A stretch of 64,000 bases of DNA from a virus, in IMG/VR virus record IMGVR_UViG_3300048762_000330. The stretch is one strand, 5' to 3'. Position numbers and translations under genes: made by a program. Below the pieces are notes generated by a model. It saw nothing but the letters and a program-made list of their open reading frames with translations. It was not told the origin of the DNA and did not search any database. Below are positions 34,482 through 45,325 of the stretch, piece by piece. Every line of letters begins with the position of its first letter. The first letter of the stretch is position 1.

Positions 34482-34928
34482 ATGGATTACAACAAAGCAG
34501 TAACAGATATGTTCAAACGAGGGGAAGAAGTTATCGACAACTTCTGGAACGTACTCGAACACAACGAGTTCCCGTTTTTAACTCTTACATCAACAACCAA
34601 CGGATTTCGAAATTTTCCAGTTTACAACATCATTGAAGATAAAGATGGAAATGTGCGATTGGAAATGGCTATCGCCGGATATGCCAAAGATCAGGTCAAA
34701 GTTGAAAAAGAAGGTAACACTCTTATCATTCAAGGTAATAAATGTGTTGCCACTGAAAATGAAGTATATCGGCACAAAGGAATTTCGAGTGCTGCTTTTC
34801 TTCGTACCTTTGATTTAAAAGTGGGTGTTGAAATTGGAGATGTCCAATTGAAAGATGGTATTCTGACAGTTGGGGTGATTTCATCAAAACCAGTTCAACC
34901 GCCTCGTACAACATTTGAAATTAAATAG
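34482..34928 (+). CDS. small heat shock protein (Hsp20)
   Basis: FPVYNII...LEMAIAGY.K....HKGIS..AF.RTF.L....LKDGIL.V. Confidence 0.9.
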   Translation: MDYNKAVTDMFKRGEEVIDNFWNVLEHNEFPFLTLTSTTNGFRNFPVYNIIEDKDGNVRLEMAIAGYAKDQVKVEKEGNTLIIQGNKCVATENEVYRHKGISSAAFLRTFDLKVGVEIGDVQLKDGILTVGVISSKPVQPPRTTFEIK

Positions 34929-34937
34929 TCTGTAAGT

Positions 34938-34974
34938 AAAAAGCCGGAAGTGAAGGTGTGCTTCCGGCTTTTTT
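34938..34974 (+). terminator. intrinsic terminator
   Basis: AAGCCGGAAG/CTTCCGGCTT stem + T-run. Confidence 0.8.
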
Positions 34975-34986
34975 CTAAATATACGT

Positions 34987-35250
34987 ATGGAACTTGAACC
35001 GCTTGAACCTCAATATTTTGATTGTGCTTGTTATTCTTCCGAACACACATTAAAGTTCACTTGGGATGATGAAGACAATGAGATTTATACTGAGGTCTTT
35101 CTGCGTCAGTACCGTAACTTCTTTAAGCGAATCTGGATTGCGATAAAATACATATTTGGTTACAAGTGTCGATACGGGCATTGGGATTGCTTTGTGCTAC
35201 AAAATAAAGATGCTCAACGATTGAAGTGCCTGTTGGACAAATTAAAATGA
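34987..35250 (+). CDS. hypothetical protein
   Basis: CTAAATA-N5-ATG. Confidence 0.6.
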   Translation: MELEPLEPQYFDCACYSSEHTLKFTWDDEDNEIYTEVFLRQYRNFFKRIWIAIKYIFGYKCRYGHWDCFVLQNKDAQRLKCLLDKLK

Positions 35251-36332
35251 ACATCAGTCAGCTTTCTCAGATATGGAAGACATTATTAATCGGTCAAGAT
35301 CAAGCAATCGATAAAATCACACCATACCTCGTCCGGGCACAAGCAAATCTAAATGCACCAGGAAAACCAATTGGCGTATTTTTCCTGATGGGTCCAACAG
35401 GCTGCGGGAAAACAAAAAGCGCTGAGACACTAGCCGAACTACTTCATGGCAACGAAAAAAATATTCTTCGTGTTGATTGCGGCGAATTTCAGATGGAGCA
35501 TGAAGTAGCAAAAATAATTGGTGCGCCTCCTGGATATTTGGGTCATAGAGAAACACAGCCAGTTTTTACACAGCAGAAGCTCAACGCTATTGCATCGGAT
35601 AAAAGTCCGTTCAGTATTATTTTGTTTGATGAAATTGAAAAAGCACATCCTGGTGTCTGGCGTGCTATTCTTGGTATCTTAGATAAAGCCGTCCTGCGCC
35701 TTGGAGACAATTCTCAAACTAATTTTGAGAAGTGTATTATTTTTCTTAGTTCCAATGTGGGAACTAAAGAGATCAGCAATCTTTTATCACCAGGATTCGG
35801 CTTTATGGAAGCACGTCTAGTCAACAAAGTCACTGATACACAGCAAAAGACAATTGAAAAGATTGGACTTGGTGCGATGGCAAAAAAGTTTCCACCTGAA
35901 TTTCAAAATCGTGTAGATGAGATCATTACATACCGCAGTTTGGATAAAAATGCGCTTTCATTAATTACCGAAATTGAACTGACCAAGATACGTAGACATA
36001 TTCAAGAACGTCTTGGAAGTATGTCATTTACTTTCATTTACGAAAAAGACACAATAGATTTCATTACGAATATTGGAACTAGTATAAAATTCGGAGCGAG
36101 AGAACTTAAGCGTACTTTAGGTCGTTATATTTTGAATCCTCTTGCCGATAACTTTGTAGATGGTAAAATTTCACAAGGTAGTTTGGTTAAATGCAAAGTA
36201 GTGAATAACCAAATCGAATGGATTATAGAAGCACCAGCCGCTAAATCAGATGAAGAAGAGTTTGTTTTTTCTACCGCTGCTGCGGAAAGCACGACGGTTA
36301 AAAAGACTCGCCGAGCCAAGATTTCTAATTAA
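35247..36332 (+). CDS. ClpA/ClpB-type AAA+ ATPase (single D2 module)
   Basis: IGQDQAI, GPTGCGKT, GAPPGYLGH, ILFDEIEKAH, PEFQNR.D, GARELKR. Confidence 0.9.
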   Translation: MNISQLSQIWKTLLIGQDQAIDKITPYLVRAQANLNAPGKPIGVFFLMGPTGCGKTKSAETLAELLHGNEKNILRVDCGEFQMEHEVAKIIGAPPGYLGHRETQPVFTQQKLNAIASDKSPFSIILFDEIEKAHPGVWRAILGILDKAVLRLGDNSQTNFEKCIIFLSSNVGTKEISNLLSPGFGFMEARLVNKVTDTQQKTIEKIGLGAMAKKFPPEFQNRVDEIITYRSLDKNALSLITEIELTKIRRHIQERLGSMSFTFIYEKDTIDFITNIGTSIKFGARELKRTLGRYILNPLADNFVDGKISQGSLVKCKVVNNQIEWIIEAPAAKSDEEEFVFSTAAAESTTVKKTRRAKISN

Positions 36333-37465
36333 CAAATCTGTGTGCGTTTTTGTCTTTGCTTTGTAAGTGATATTTTCAGTTTGCTTTCTTCTGAATGATA
36401 ATGCCCTTTGTGAGAATTGCTCATTTTCTGTTTGGTTTCTTCTGAAGGATAACGCCCTTTATGAGATTTACTTATTTTCTTTTTATGTTCATCACTTAGA
36501 AGTTTTCCTGTGTTCCACGGAGTTTGCCCTAAATGTGATTCCCGAAGTTTTACTATCGTCTCGGGTGCGGCTTTTCTTCCCCAATAATTTGGATAATTTG
36601 AAGATGGCTTTCTAACATACACTTTAACAGGACTTATTTTTTCGCACTTATACCCTTTACAAGTTCGATTAACTTGTTGTGAAGTTGAATGAAGATCTCC
36701 TTGATTCATATTATTGTTTCGACACCATTGCGAAAGATTTGTGATCTCAAAAGGATCTCCGGTAGGAGGAATAATACGCCACCGGGTTGAGTGTTTTTCA
36801 ACAAATGATATTGGCATTGACTTTCCTATTTTGGCTTCCGATATTATTTGTTTTGTTTTTTCTGAATGATGTCGTTCTTTAAATGGCGCATTGTAAAAAT
36901 ATCTACCATTTTGGCGTCTGGTTTGTACTCCTCTAATAACAGAGTCTAAGGATTTTTTCTTATGCGGCGGCGCAATTGTTTTCAATTCTTCTAGGCGCTT
37001 GGCGCAACGATAACCTTTATGCGAACGTCCGGTTCCAGCGATCCGAGACATAACAACCATATTAAGAATATGTTCTCGGCAAAATTGACTGAGATTAAAA
37101 ATTCTTTCTTGATGCCCGTCTGGAAATAAAATAATCCAATATTGAGCATTTTGTGGATTTTTAAAAGGAACAAATCCACCACCTTTTCGTGCATTATATC
37201 CGCTTGGAAATAAACTGTTGTACTTGTGTATGAAGTGTGGCTCCATTTCTTGTAAGGTGTGATCTTTATCGAGCGAACAATAAATCACTTCCCACGCAAA
37301 ATCTTCCCATCCATATTGGCGTATCGCTTGATAAAATGGAGTGGTTTTGTTTTTGACTAGCGCCGCATATTTGTGCGTTCTTCGTCTATGATTAAGATCC
37401 GTACAGAAGCCAATGTAATTTTTCTTTGTAGTAATGCTTGTTGCTTTATAAATCGAATAAATCAT
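36329..37465 (-). CDS. GIY-YIG homing endonuclease with NUMOD3-like repeats
   Basis: IYKAT...YIG...R...H; H.EETK.KIS repeats; ATCATACAT/ATGTATGAT hairpin covers the start codon. Confidence 0.85.
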   Translation of the reverse strand: MIYSIYKATSITTKKNYIGFCTDLNHRRRTHKYAALVKNKTTPFYQAIRQYGWEDFAWEVIYCSLDKDHTLQEMEPHFIHKYNSLFPSGYNARKGGGFVPFKNPQNAQYWIILFPDGHQERIFNLSQFCREHILNMVVMSRIAGTGRSHKGYRCAKRLEELKTIAPPHKKKSLDSVIRGVQTRRQNGRYFYNAPFKERHHSEKTKQIISEAKIGKSMPISFVEKHSTRWRIIPPTGDPFEITNLSQWCRNNNMNQGDLHSTSQQVNRTCKGYKCEKISPVKVYVRKPSSNYPNYWGRKAAPETIVKLRESHLGQTPWNTGKLLSDEHKKKISKSHKGRYPSEETKQKMSNSHKGHYHSEESKLKISLTKQRQKRTQIC

Positions 37466-37517
37466 ACATTCATATATAGCGTCCTTTTGCGTATGTATGA
37501 TAAACCGTTTACATTCA

Positions 37518-38765
37518 TTACTTTGGAAACGGTACGAGTGAACTGTCCTTTATCAAAAGTAAATGCGTCAAAAATTTGTCTCTGTTGATTGTGTGCCGAA
37601 CGCTCTGAACCAAAAATCTTCCATTGTAATACTTGTCATCAATTTGTTGATCTTGAATGGTAGGCTCTGGCGACGGGAGTCTCAATTCGATAACTTCTCC
37701 TATGGTGCGGTCGGAATCGCCAGGAATGGTAAGTGAAATTTTAACATTCTGCAATTGCTGAAGTTGTGAAATTCTGCATGGTATCCATTTTTCAGGCATT
37801 GTTGGATACCCATCTTGATCATGCCCGGTTGAATGAAATTTCAATCTACTGTCTGGTTTATCGTCATTAAATTTTGCATTGAAAAGATAGTTACCCGGAT
37901 AAAGATGTTTGTATTTGTCAAATGATTGAGGGTAATCGAATGTGTAATCCTTCCAAAGTTTTCTTGTTTGGCTGTATGTGATTAGCTCGTTCCCATACAT
38001 TCCGCTTTGTAGGTTCTCTAAAATGTTGCTGGAGTTTTCGAAAGTATAAGTTTGCATCGCAATGACATCTGCTGGAAGATCTGGAGCGTGGTGAGTTAAT
38101 CCGTCTTTACGAATATTAGCAGGCTGAAAAGTATAGTGCTGTGCGACTGGTTGCGCTAATCTCGATTCCATTGACACAAATTGAAATTGATCTTTGTCTT
38201 CGTAGTAAAGGTAATTTGCACCTTCATACATTGCGGAATTGGCTCTCATGGCAAGCCAGTTAATTGCATGGCAAGGATTCAGCTTGGGAATGATAATGTG
38301 TTGTTGAAACTTAGTTGGCTCGATAATAATTGAACCACCTTTGAGCCAATTTTTGTGCAAGTCATATACAATATCACTCACCAGCGCTCCTTTATACGAC
38401 TTGCTTACCCGCACTTTCAAATTGTTGATGGCTTCCACGCTGACGAAATGAAGAATGTATGCAGCACACCGTTCTTTGAGTAATGTCCGATTGGAAATGT
38501 TGAACAAACGGAAAGTTTTTTTGAAAGTGGTGTTTTTGTGTGGGGTTTTAAATTCGAGCAGCAACGTCTCGAATCCAAAAAGCGGAAGATTTTGAATCAT
38601 GTTCGTGGTGTCGGTCACGAGTATGTCAGCGGTTGTTTGGTTGTTGAATAAATCTTGATAAACGTTGCATTCACTTTGTACAAAACGAATATTATGTTTT
38701 ACTTCATCCACGGTTGTTAAAACCATTTGGATAATTTCGTAAGCCCCAACATAATTATTGGCCAT
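37518..38765 (-). CDS. baseplate hub / tail-associated protein (T4-like)
   Basis: D..NMIQNLPL.G.E.L...F.TP; IPGDS...IGEVI; YYNGRFLV..VRH. Confidence 0.6.
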   Translation of the reverse strand: MANNYVGAYEIIQMVLTTVDEVKHNIRFVQSECNVYQDLFNNQTTADILVTDTTNMIQNLPLFGFETLLLEFKTPHKNTTFKKTFRLFNISNRTLLKERCAAYILHFVSVEAINNLKVRVSKSYKGALVSDIVYDLHKNWLKGGSIIIEPTKFQQHIIIPKLNPCHAINWLAMRANSAMYEGANYLYYEDKDQFQFVSMESRLAQPVAQHYTFQPANIRKDGLTHHAPDLPADVIAMQTYTFENSSNILENLQSGMYGNELITYSQTRKLWKDYTFDYPQSFDKYKHLYPGNYLFNAKFNDDKPDSRLKFHSTGHDQDGYPTMPEKWIPCRISQLQQLQNVKISLTIPGDSDRTIGEVIELRLPSPEPTIQDQQIDDKYYNGRFLVQSVRHTINRDKFLTHLLLIKDSSLVPFPK

Positions 38766-38962
38766 TTACACAACCCTCAAATTACGATAGGTTTGTCCGA
38801 CATAGCCGTTTCCGGTGATTCGATTTCGCAGCAAATATATCATTCCGACCATATTTATTATGTAGACTGCCGTCCAGAGCAAATTTCCTGAACAGTTTTA
38901 AAATCGCTATTGACAAAAAGGAATCCAATCTGTTATTCTGAAATTGAAAGGAAATAAATTTC

Positions 38963-39721
38963 ATGGCAACTGCAACAGCAACCCTAGTGGCCCATAGCGG
39001 GGCCGTCAAAGTGCAGCGTGAAGATTTGATGTCCATCTACACGCCGCCAAGTACCAGATCTTTCATGCCGGTTCCCCACAGCAGGCTCGTAGAACTCGTG
39101 GAAAACAATCTGACATCGAATGGCTACGGCATCTCCAAATCGGAATTCGCCGTACAGGACGGCAAGCTGGACGGCCAGATGCTTTCTGGTGCGAAGCTTT
39201 TCGCCACCTTCATTCTGAAACACACCTGTGAAGATTTCGCTTTTGCTCTCGGCCTTCGTGCGGCCAATGACAAGAGCATGGCAATCGAATTGGTCGCCGG
39301 GGCCAGCGTTTTCGTGTGCGACAATCTCGCACTCTGCGGAGATGCCGATCTTTTGTGGCGCAAGCACACTTCTGGTTTGAGTCAGGATTCGCTTCAGGAA
39401 TCCGTCACTGTCGGCATTGCCAAGGTCATCGCTCGCTTCAGCGGTTTTGAAGTAGGCGTCAATCGGCTGAAGGCAACCTTCATCAGCGACAACGAAGCGA
39501 AGGCCAACATTTACGACGCCGTTGTTAAGGGCGTCATTCCGCAGCACTTCCTTCCGAAAGTCGGAGCCGCTTATTTCGAGCCGCTGCACCCGGAGTTTGA
39601 GCCACGCAATTCGTGGAGTCTTCAGAACGCCTACACTGAGGTCATTCGTACCGAGTATGACACAAAGCCGCATCTGGCGTTGGAATGTTCACAATCAGTT
39701 GGTGCCTTGTTTGGTCTATAA
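38963..39721 (+). CDS. DUF932-like protein
   Basis: T.SFMPVPH..LV; LGLRAANDKS.....AG.SVFVCDNL; WSL.NA.TE. Confidence 0.65.
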   Translation: MATATATLVAHSGAVKVQREDLMSIYTPPSTRSFMPVPHSRLVELVENNLTSNGYGISKSEFAVQDGKLDGQMLSGAKLFATFILKHTCEDFAFALGLRAANDKSMAIELVAGASVFVCDNLALCGDADLLWRKHTSGLSQDSLQESVTVGIAKVIARFSGFEVGVNRLKATFISDNEAKANIYDAVVKGVIPQHFLPKVGAAYFEPLHPEFEPRNSWSLQNAYTEVIRTEYDTKPHLALECSQSVGALFGL

Positions 39722-39724
39722 CAC

Positions 39725-39753
39725 AAAGGGCCGGGACTACAAACCGGCCCTTT
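39725..39753. terminator. hairpin terminator
   Basis: AAAGGGCCGG/CCGGCCCTTT. Confidence 0.65.
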
Positions 39754-39769
39754 CGAATCGAAAAATATT

Positions 39770-40069
39770 ATGAACCTGAACGATAGATACAACGCTATTT
39801 GGGAAGCAAATCCAGTGCTCATTTATCACTTCGATGAAGCACCGATATGTTTGAAGGATCTGGCAGTGACGTTTAAGGAACACAAATACATCATTCTAAT
39901 TCCGACTGGAATTTACGCCAATGCTGAATCGTTCGAGCGCCGCCTTAACATCGTTCGAGCCGAAGATATTCTCAAAAGATTTGGTGTAGAGGACAAATGT
40001 TATGCCGGTACAGTAAATCTCCAAATCACTCCGGTCAAAAATATCAGTTGCCGGGTCTTCATCGTTTGA
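39770..40069 (+). CDS. hypothetical protein
   Basis: clean ORF after the hairpin. Confidence 0.45.
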   Translation: MNLNDRYNAIWEANPVLIYHFDEAPICLKDLAVTFKEHKYIILIPTGIYANAESFERRLNIVRAEDILKRFGVEDKCYAGTVNLQITPVKNISCRVFIV

Positions 40070-40080
40070 AAGGAAAATTT

Positions 40081-40368
40081 ATGAAAGCTGAAGTTCACAT
40101 TCGCAGCCAGCACGCCAAAAAAGGACGCTCTGGATTTTCGGGGCCGGATGCTTACATAGCGGTCACCATTGCGCCGGAAGGTGTGGAAGTTCCATACCCT
40201 CTCAATCAAACTGTTCTCGCCAAACGGGGTATCGAAATTCATTATTTTGGCGAAGGCTACAGAGAACATCAAGGGCCGAAATCTTCATTGGGTCGTGCAA
40301 TTGCCGCTGCCCAAAATTTTGCGAACGAAAAAAACGACATCCAGAAAAATCTTTTCGCTACCGCTTGA
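40081..40368 (+). CDS. hypothetical protein
   Basis: AAGGA RBS. Confidence 0.55.
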   Translation: MKAEVHIRSQHAKKGRSGFSGPDAYIAVTIAPEGVEVPYPLNQTVLAKRGIEIHYFGEGYREHQGPKSSLGRAIAAAQNFANEKNDIQKNLFATA

Positions 40369-40727
40369 CAGATGTATCTATTTTGTGGTATAGTAAAAGA
40401 GTAATGAAAAACTCTACTGCGGATTACGTTGATCTTCCGTTTCCGGCGAAGATGGAAATCGTCGGTATACCTTCAACTCCGTTTGATTGGTGGTTTGGTC
40501 ATCTCGGCGAAACTATTGTTGTGGTTTCATACCGGGAAAATTGGGATGATTTTATTTTAGACAACGGAGATGCCATTGATCGGAATCAAGTAAAGGTGTT
40601 GACAAAGTAGATGGTGAAAATTAAAAGTTTCGTCGCCAGGGATACCAAAAAAATTTGGTGTCCCTCTTGACAAAGTAGATGCATCTGTTGTATAGTAAAA
40701 GAGTAAACAATTTTCGAGGAGCAAATC

Positions 40728-41645
40728 GTGATTAAACTCGCAGTTCAGACTTACGGCAAGAAAGACAACATCGGGTTTTTGCCCGCTGACCTTCTCGCCA
40801 ACCTACCCGCCTTCACCGGACGCAAAAAGCGCACCCCGCAGCAGATTCAGAAAATGGTCGATTCGCTTTTGAAGGAAGGCCAGATTCAGGATGTGGTCTA
40901 CCGCATCAGCTTTGACCGCAAGCCTGTCCTTGTCGCTGGTGTGACTCGTGCGATGGCTGGTGACCGTATCAACAAAGAAGGTCTTACTGACGCCAAGGGC
41001 AACACCTACACCGAAGCAAATCCCTTCATTCTGACCGGGCGCTGCAAATCTTTCAAGCAGGATCGTTCCGGCGAACTGGATGCCCTTTGCATGACATGGT
41101 TCGAGAACGCCGAAGATACCCGCACACCGCTGAACGACGTGGATGTTTCCGCATTCATCGAAGTTCTGAGCGAAAACTACGGTCTCACGGATGCCCAAAT
41201 CGCAGAACGTCTGCGTCAGGAAGTTTCTTGGGTGATCTCTCGCAAGCGGGTCGCCACACTGGATACCGCCACGCAGACCGCTCTGGCTGCTGGCTCCATC
41301 AGTTTCGATGCCGCAATGGTTGCGGGTGAAATTGATCCCGCTGTTCGTTCCGCTGCTTTTGCCAAGGCTGCTGCCGCTGTTGGTGACGGTAAGAAGGTCA
41401 CCGCTTCCGCTCTAGCCGAAGCTGCCCGTGATCTCGGCGCTGCTACCGGCAAACCTTTGAGGCGCACCGAAAAGCAGGTCAAGGATTGGATGAAGGCGAA
41501 GGCCAAGGAAGCACCCGAAAGCTGCGCTACGGACTTCCTGTTGGCTCTGTTCGACTACCGCCAGGGCACCAATACCACCGAAGACCTGGACGCCGCATTT
41601 GCTGCGCTCCTGCCCAGTAACGGCCCCAATCTCTGCCGCTGCTAA
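40728..41645 (+). CDS. ParB-like protein (ParB N-terminal + HTH)
   Basis: SLLKEGQIQ.V...LVAG..R..A; R..L...D; GLTDAQIAERL. Confidence 0.7.
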   Translation: MIKLAVQTYGKKDNIGFLPADLLANLPAFTGRKKRTPQQIQKMVDSLLKEGQIQDVVYRISFDRKPVLVAGVTRAMAGDRINKEGLTDAKGNTYTEANPFILTGRCKSFKQDRSGELDALCMTWFENAEDTRTPLNDVDVSAFIEVLSENYGLTDAQIAERLRQEVSWVISRKRVATLDTATQTALAAGSISFDAAMVAGEIDPAVRSAAFAKAAAAVGDGKKVTASALAEAARDLGAATGKPLRRTEKQVKDWMKAKAKEAPESCATDFLLALFDYRQGTNTTEDLDAAFAALLPSNGPNLCRC

Positions 41646-41695
41646 CTACAACATCGAATTTGGGCCGGTGAAATTCCGGCCCAAAGGATAATTGC

Positions 41696-41902
41696 ATGAT
41701 TCCCGAACAAATCGCCGAACAACTCAAAGCCAGAAATGACAAGATCGAATACCGTGTGTTCATGACGATCAACATCATCATTCTGTTGGCAATACTTGCT
41801 CTTGCCGTCGCCTTCATCGTGCATGTGTTCAAAGCGCAATGGGGCATGGCCGCTGGTTTCGGTATCATCACCTACATTATATGGCGGTCATGGAGAAGTT
41901 GA
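41696..41902 (+). CDS. small membrane protein
   Basis: two TM segments; AAGGA RBS. Confidence 0.55.
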   Translation: MIPEQIAEQLKARNDKIEYRVFMTINIIILLAILALAVAFIVHVFKAQWGMAAGFGIITYIIWRSWRS

Positions 41903-42082
41903 CGGTGAGCGTGGGTATTCCGCCGTGTGCCGTGGCCGAAAACTGCCGCTGAAAAGAAAGCCGCCGAAAGAAGCCTTGAACTGGCGGCAATCATGGAACG
42001 ATTCCGCCAGTACCTACCGCCAGAGTAGATTTACCAATGTGTATATACCTTTGGAGTGCGAAAGCACAAAAGGTAAAATACA

Positions 42083-42304
42083 ATGGTAAGATCAGTCAAA
42101 TTTGAAAATTACGAAGAAGAAAAAGCCAAGAAAGTATTTCAATTCATGGCAGTTACATACGGCAAGACGGTACTTGACACACTTCAGGAAATGCAAGTAT
42201 CGTTCAAAAATAGTCCTGGCATGACATTTGTTTTCGTAGGTTCGATTCAGGAAATGCTGAGTCAAGCTACGGCGGTTCAACGGGATTTGGCAAATTTGAA
42301 ATAG
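42083..42304 (+). CDS. hypothetical protein
   Basis: AAGGT RBS. Confidence 0.5.
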   Translation: MVRSVKFENYEEEKAKKVFQFMAVTYGKTVLDTLQEMQVSFKNSPGMTFVFVGSIQEMLSQATAVQRDLANLK

Positions 42305-42317
42305 AAAGCAGCAACGA

Positions 42318-42548
42318 ATGACAAGAGCGGACAAACCGACCACTCGACTTACATACAGCACATACCGAGGCCGGGAAATAGCTGTCACTATTCACTCCAC
42401 GTGGTTGGGATTGCGATTGAAGGGCACAAGAAAGGTGCATCAGATGAACGTGCTTGCCGCTTTTCAACGTGCTTGCATGGATGAAGCGAATAAACTTCGA
42501 GCCGAGCGCATCGCAGTCAAACAAAACCGTCGCAGAAAGAAGCTCTAA
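42318..42548 (+). CDS. hypothetical basic protein
   Basis: clean ORF. Confidence 0.5.
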   Translation: MTRADKPTTRLTYSTYRGREIAVTIHSTWLGLRLKGTRKVHQMNVLAAFQRACMDEANKLRAERIAVKQNRRRKKL

Positions 42549-43153
42549 ATGTTTGCCGCAATCAAAGTTATCTTCAAACTTCTGATGGTGATTTTGTTTT
42601 TGTGGCTGCTGGTGAATGGTCTCTATCTCTGTATGCTGCACTTCACGCCCATGAAACTTTTTTGATGCATCTATTGACATTCGAGTTCTGTTGTGGTATC
42701 CTTAAATCATGACTGGAATGACATTAAAACAGTTTGCAGCCGTTCAATTCTACGCCGCTTTGGACAACTACCGTTTACGGCTTGACAAAAACAACGATTG
42801 GAGGGAGAATAGCAAATGGACAGAGGGCCGCTAGCTTTAGGCCAACAGCCCTCCGCATGGCACTACCATCGCAAGCTGGTGGTGCTGGTGACTCTACTGC
42901 GTCCACCATGGGCCACAGCGACCGGTCGCTCAAAGTCAGCGCTGTGGTCCTTCCGGTTTCGGCCTCAACCGTCGGTGAACTTGAACGGTAGAGGCTATTA
43001 CTCTCGGTGGGTTTGCGACGACTGCAAATCAGCCAGCGAAAATCTGGTAGACTTCAAGCATGAGCCGGGATGTAAACACGCATGATAATCATAGGAAACA
43101 TTCTCAGTGTTGTTTTCCTTGCGGTAGCCGGTTATTGGTAGGAATCGCCGGGG

Positions 43154-44041
43154 TTATACCATTGCTTGTTTCTCATTCTCATATCGTTCGTTCGAGAGCT
43201 TGATGTATTCCGGTTTCAATTCAATTCCTACATATTTTCGTCCATGTTGGATTGCTACAATTCCAGTCGTAGCTGCACCTGAGAATGGATCAAGTACAAC
43301 GCCACCTTCAGGACATCCGGCCAACAAGCATGTTCTAGGCAGTTCTGGCGTAAACACGGCGAAATGAGCACCCTTATAGGAAGATGTGTTCATTGTCCAG
43401 ACAGATCTTTTATTCCTACCTAAAGGGTTTCCTGGCATCACACCATCGTAGCGATAACTCATTGACGGCTTGCGATCACTACGAGTCGTCCCTTGATCGC
43501 TAAACGCTGTCTTGGTAAATCGACGCTGTGGTTTTGTCGTCATTGGCTCTCTGATAGAGTCCTGATTATAGAAATACTTTTCAGACTTGCTCAAGAGGAA
43601 GATCTGTTCATGCGCCCTCGTAGGCCGATCTTTTACGCTTTCCGGCATTGGGTTAGGTTTGTGCCAGATGATTTCACTTCGCAAATACCAACCGTCTTTC
43701 CGCAAAGCAAACGCCAACATCCACGGAATGCCGATCAGGTCTTTCGGTTTACATCCTTCCGGCACTTGATACGTCCGGTTCGCTGCGTAACTGTCACCAA
43801 TGTTGACCCACAAAGTTCCATCGTCCCGAAGCACTCGACGGACTTCACGAAAAACGCAGACAAGGTTATCGACATACTGTTCCGGTGTCTCTTCAAGGCC
43901 GATTTGTCCCTCTACGCCATAATCTCTCAAACCGTAGTATGGCGGGGATGTAATGCAACAATGAATCGACTCTGACGGTAACGTTTTCAATACTTCCAAG
44001 GCATCACCACAATGAATGACAAAAGCGTTCTGTTCCTGCAA
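43154..44041 (-). CDS. beta-class DNA methyltransferase (N4-C/N6-A)
   Basis: ITSPPYY; HFAVF; VLDPFSGAATT; GIEL. Confidence 0.92.
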   Translation of the reverse strand: MQEQNAFVIHCGDALEVLKTLPSESIHCCITSPPYYGLRDYGVEGQIGLEETPEQYVDNLVCVFREVRRVLRDDGTLWVNIGDSYAANRTYQVPEGCKPKDLIGIPWMLAFALRKDGWYLRSEIIWHKPNPMPESVKDRPTRAHEQIFLLSKSEKYFYNQDSIREPMTTKPQRRFTKTAFSDQGTTRSDRKPSMSYRYDGVMPGNPLGRNKRSVWTMNTSSYKGAHFAVFTPELPRTCLLAGCPEGGVVLDPFSGAATTGIVAIQHGRKYVGIELKPEYIKLSNERYENEKQAMV

Positions 44042-44232
44042 CTCCTTCTCCCGGCGTTATTGCTACGCCGAAGATATGTAGTCCTACTGGATCAGGATGC
44101 TTTCTCGGTTCTTTCTTGTCATCATTGTAGCCGGACATGACGGGTCATCTACTGCAAAGGCAGAGCCGATCAACAAGACCATTGCGTTCAGTGTCATGTA
44201 TCCGCCCGCCCATTCTCGAAAAGTTTGAACAA

Positions 44233-44784
44233 TCATACAATGGCTTGTTTCATGATCTGATCGGCTTCGTTGTCCACTTGACTCACAAATTTTTTATCTA
44301 GCAGCCGAATGGTGCGTTTCGCTTCATTGGCAGCAACTTCTGCATCATAGATCATAACCACGCTACGCTCAGATGCGGGTAGATGTAAGTAGGTGGTTTC
44401 GTCAATCGGATTGCCCCACTTATCTTCATAATGGTCAACGGTTTGATAAGCGTATACAAGTCCATCTCGAATAGATGTACTATATTTTTTCTGAATTGTG
44501 GCGATGAGATCGTCTTGATTCATCGGCCAATCATACACCGGATCAACGATGTTGTTTGCAAGAAGTACCAACCAATGATATTGGCTTGAGCCATACAGCT
44601 TGTCAGCAATGATTTCCGGCGTGTCGTTTTCTTTTATTTGATATGTGTAAAACACAAGATAATCGTTGATTAAAATGTCCCGCATTTTAATTCGTTGGAG
44701 AATGTTAACAGCAATGGTCTTCTGTCCATCACCATTGATATCGTATCCCAAAAGTTGAAATTTGCTAAAGAAAGGATTAGGCAC
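44233..44784 (-). CDS. baseplate wedge protein (T4 gp53-like, LysM-like)
   Basis: FFSKF....Y; YQIKENDTPEIIADKLYGS..YHWLVLLANNIVDP.YDWP; CTAAATA-N5-GTG. Confidence 0.8.
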   Translation of the reverse strand: MPNPFFSKFQLLGYDINGDGQKTIAVNILQRIKMRDILINDYLVFYTYQIKENDTPEIIADKLYGSSQYHWLVLLANNIVDPVYDWPMNQDDLIATIQKKYSTSIRDGLVYAYQTVDHYEDKWGNPIDETTYLHLPASERSVVMIYDAEVAANEAKRTIRLLDKKFVSQVDNEADQIMKQAIV

Positions 44785-45325
44785 AAAACTATTTAGAACC
44801 AAAAGATACATCTGTCGAAGCAACTTGACAGTTTTCGGAATGCGTGCGATGATAGAAAGTATGTTGGACAAATATCGTGAGGTTGAAGACCATTTTGAAT
44901 GTGTGAAATGTGGAGCCATCATTCTCGCAGCTACGGTTGCCCATCCAATATGGGACGGACCATTTCCTTGTTCTGGTAGCGGCCAGTGTCAATACGAAGA
45001 TGTCCATATTGTCCCACATGCGAGAAAGTGCCTTCTTACAACGGGCGTCCCATTACAATTCCATTCACTTTAACACACATGATGAAGACGGAGCCAAAAC
45101 TCTGTCGCCGGAAGACGAAGCAATCTGGAACTCTCAATTACACGCTGGTGGATTTGTCGCTCATCAACTTGATTCTAAACACGGAAAGGGGTTTTATAAA
45201 TTGATGGATGCTATTTTGTCGTATGAAGATACCTTTCGAGACGGAAAATATCACTCCACGGATGAAGTGCTTGCCGCATTGTTGGAATTGATTCGTGTTG
45301 GTTTGGTGCGCTACGAGGTTGTGCC

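Noticed and set aside
38984-39673. 229-aa antisense ORF
   Set aside because: Shadow of the DUF932-like gene caused by its biased codon usage
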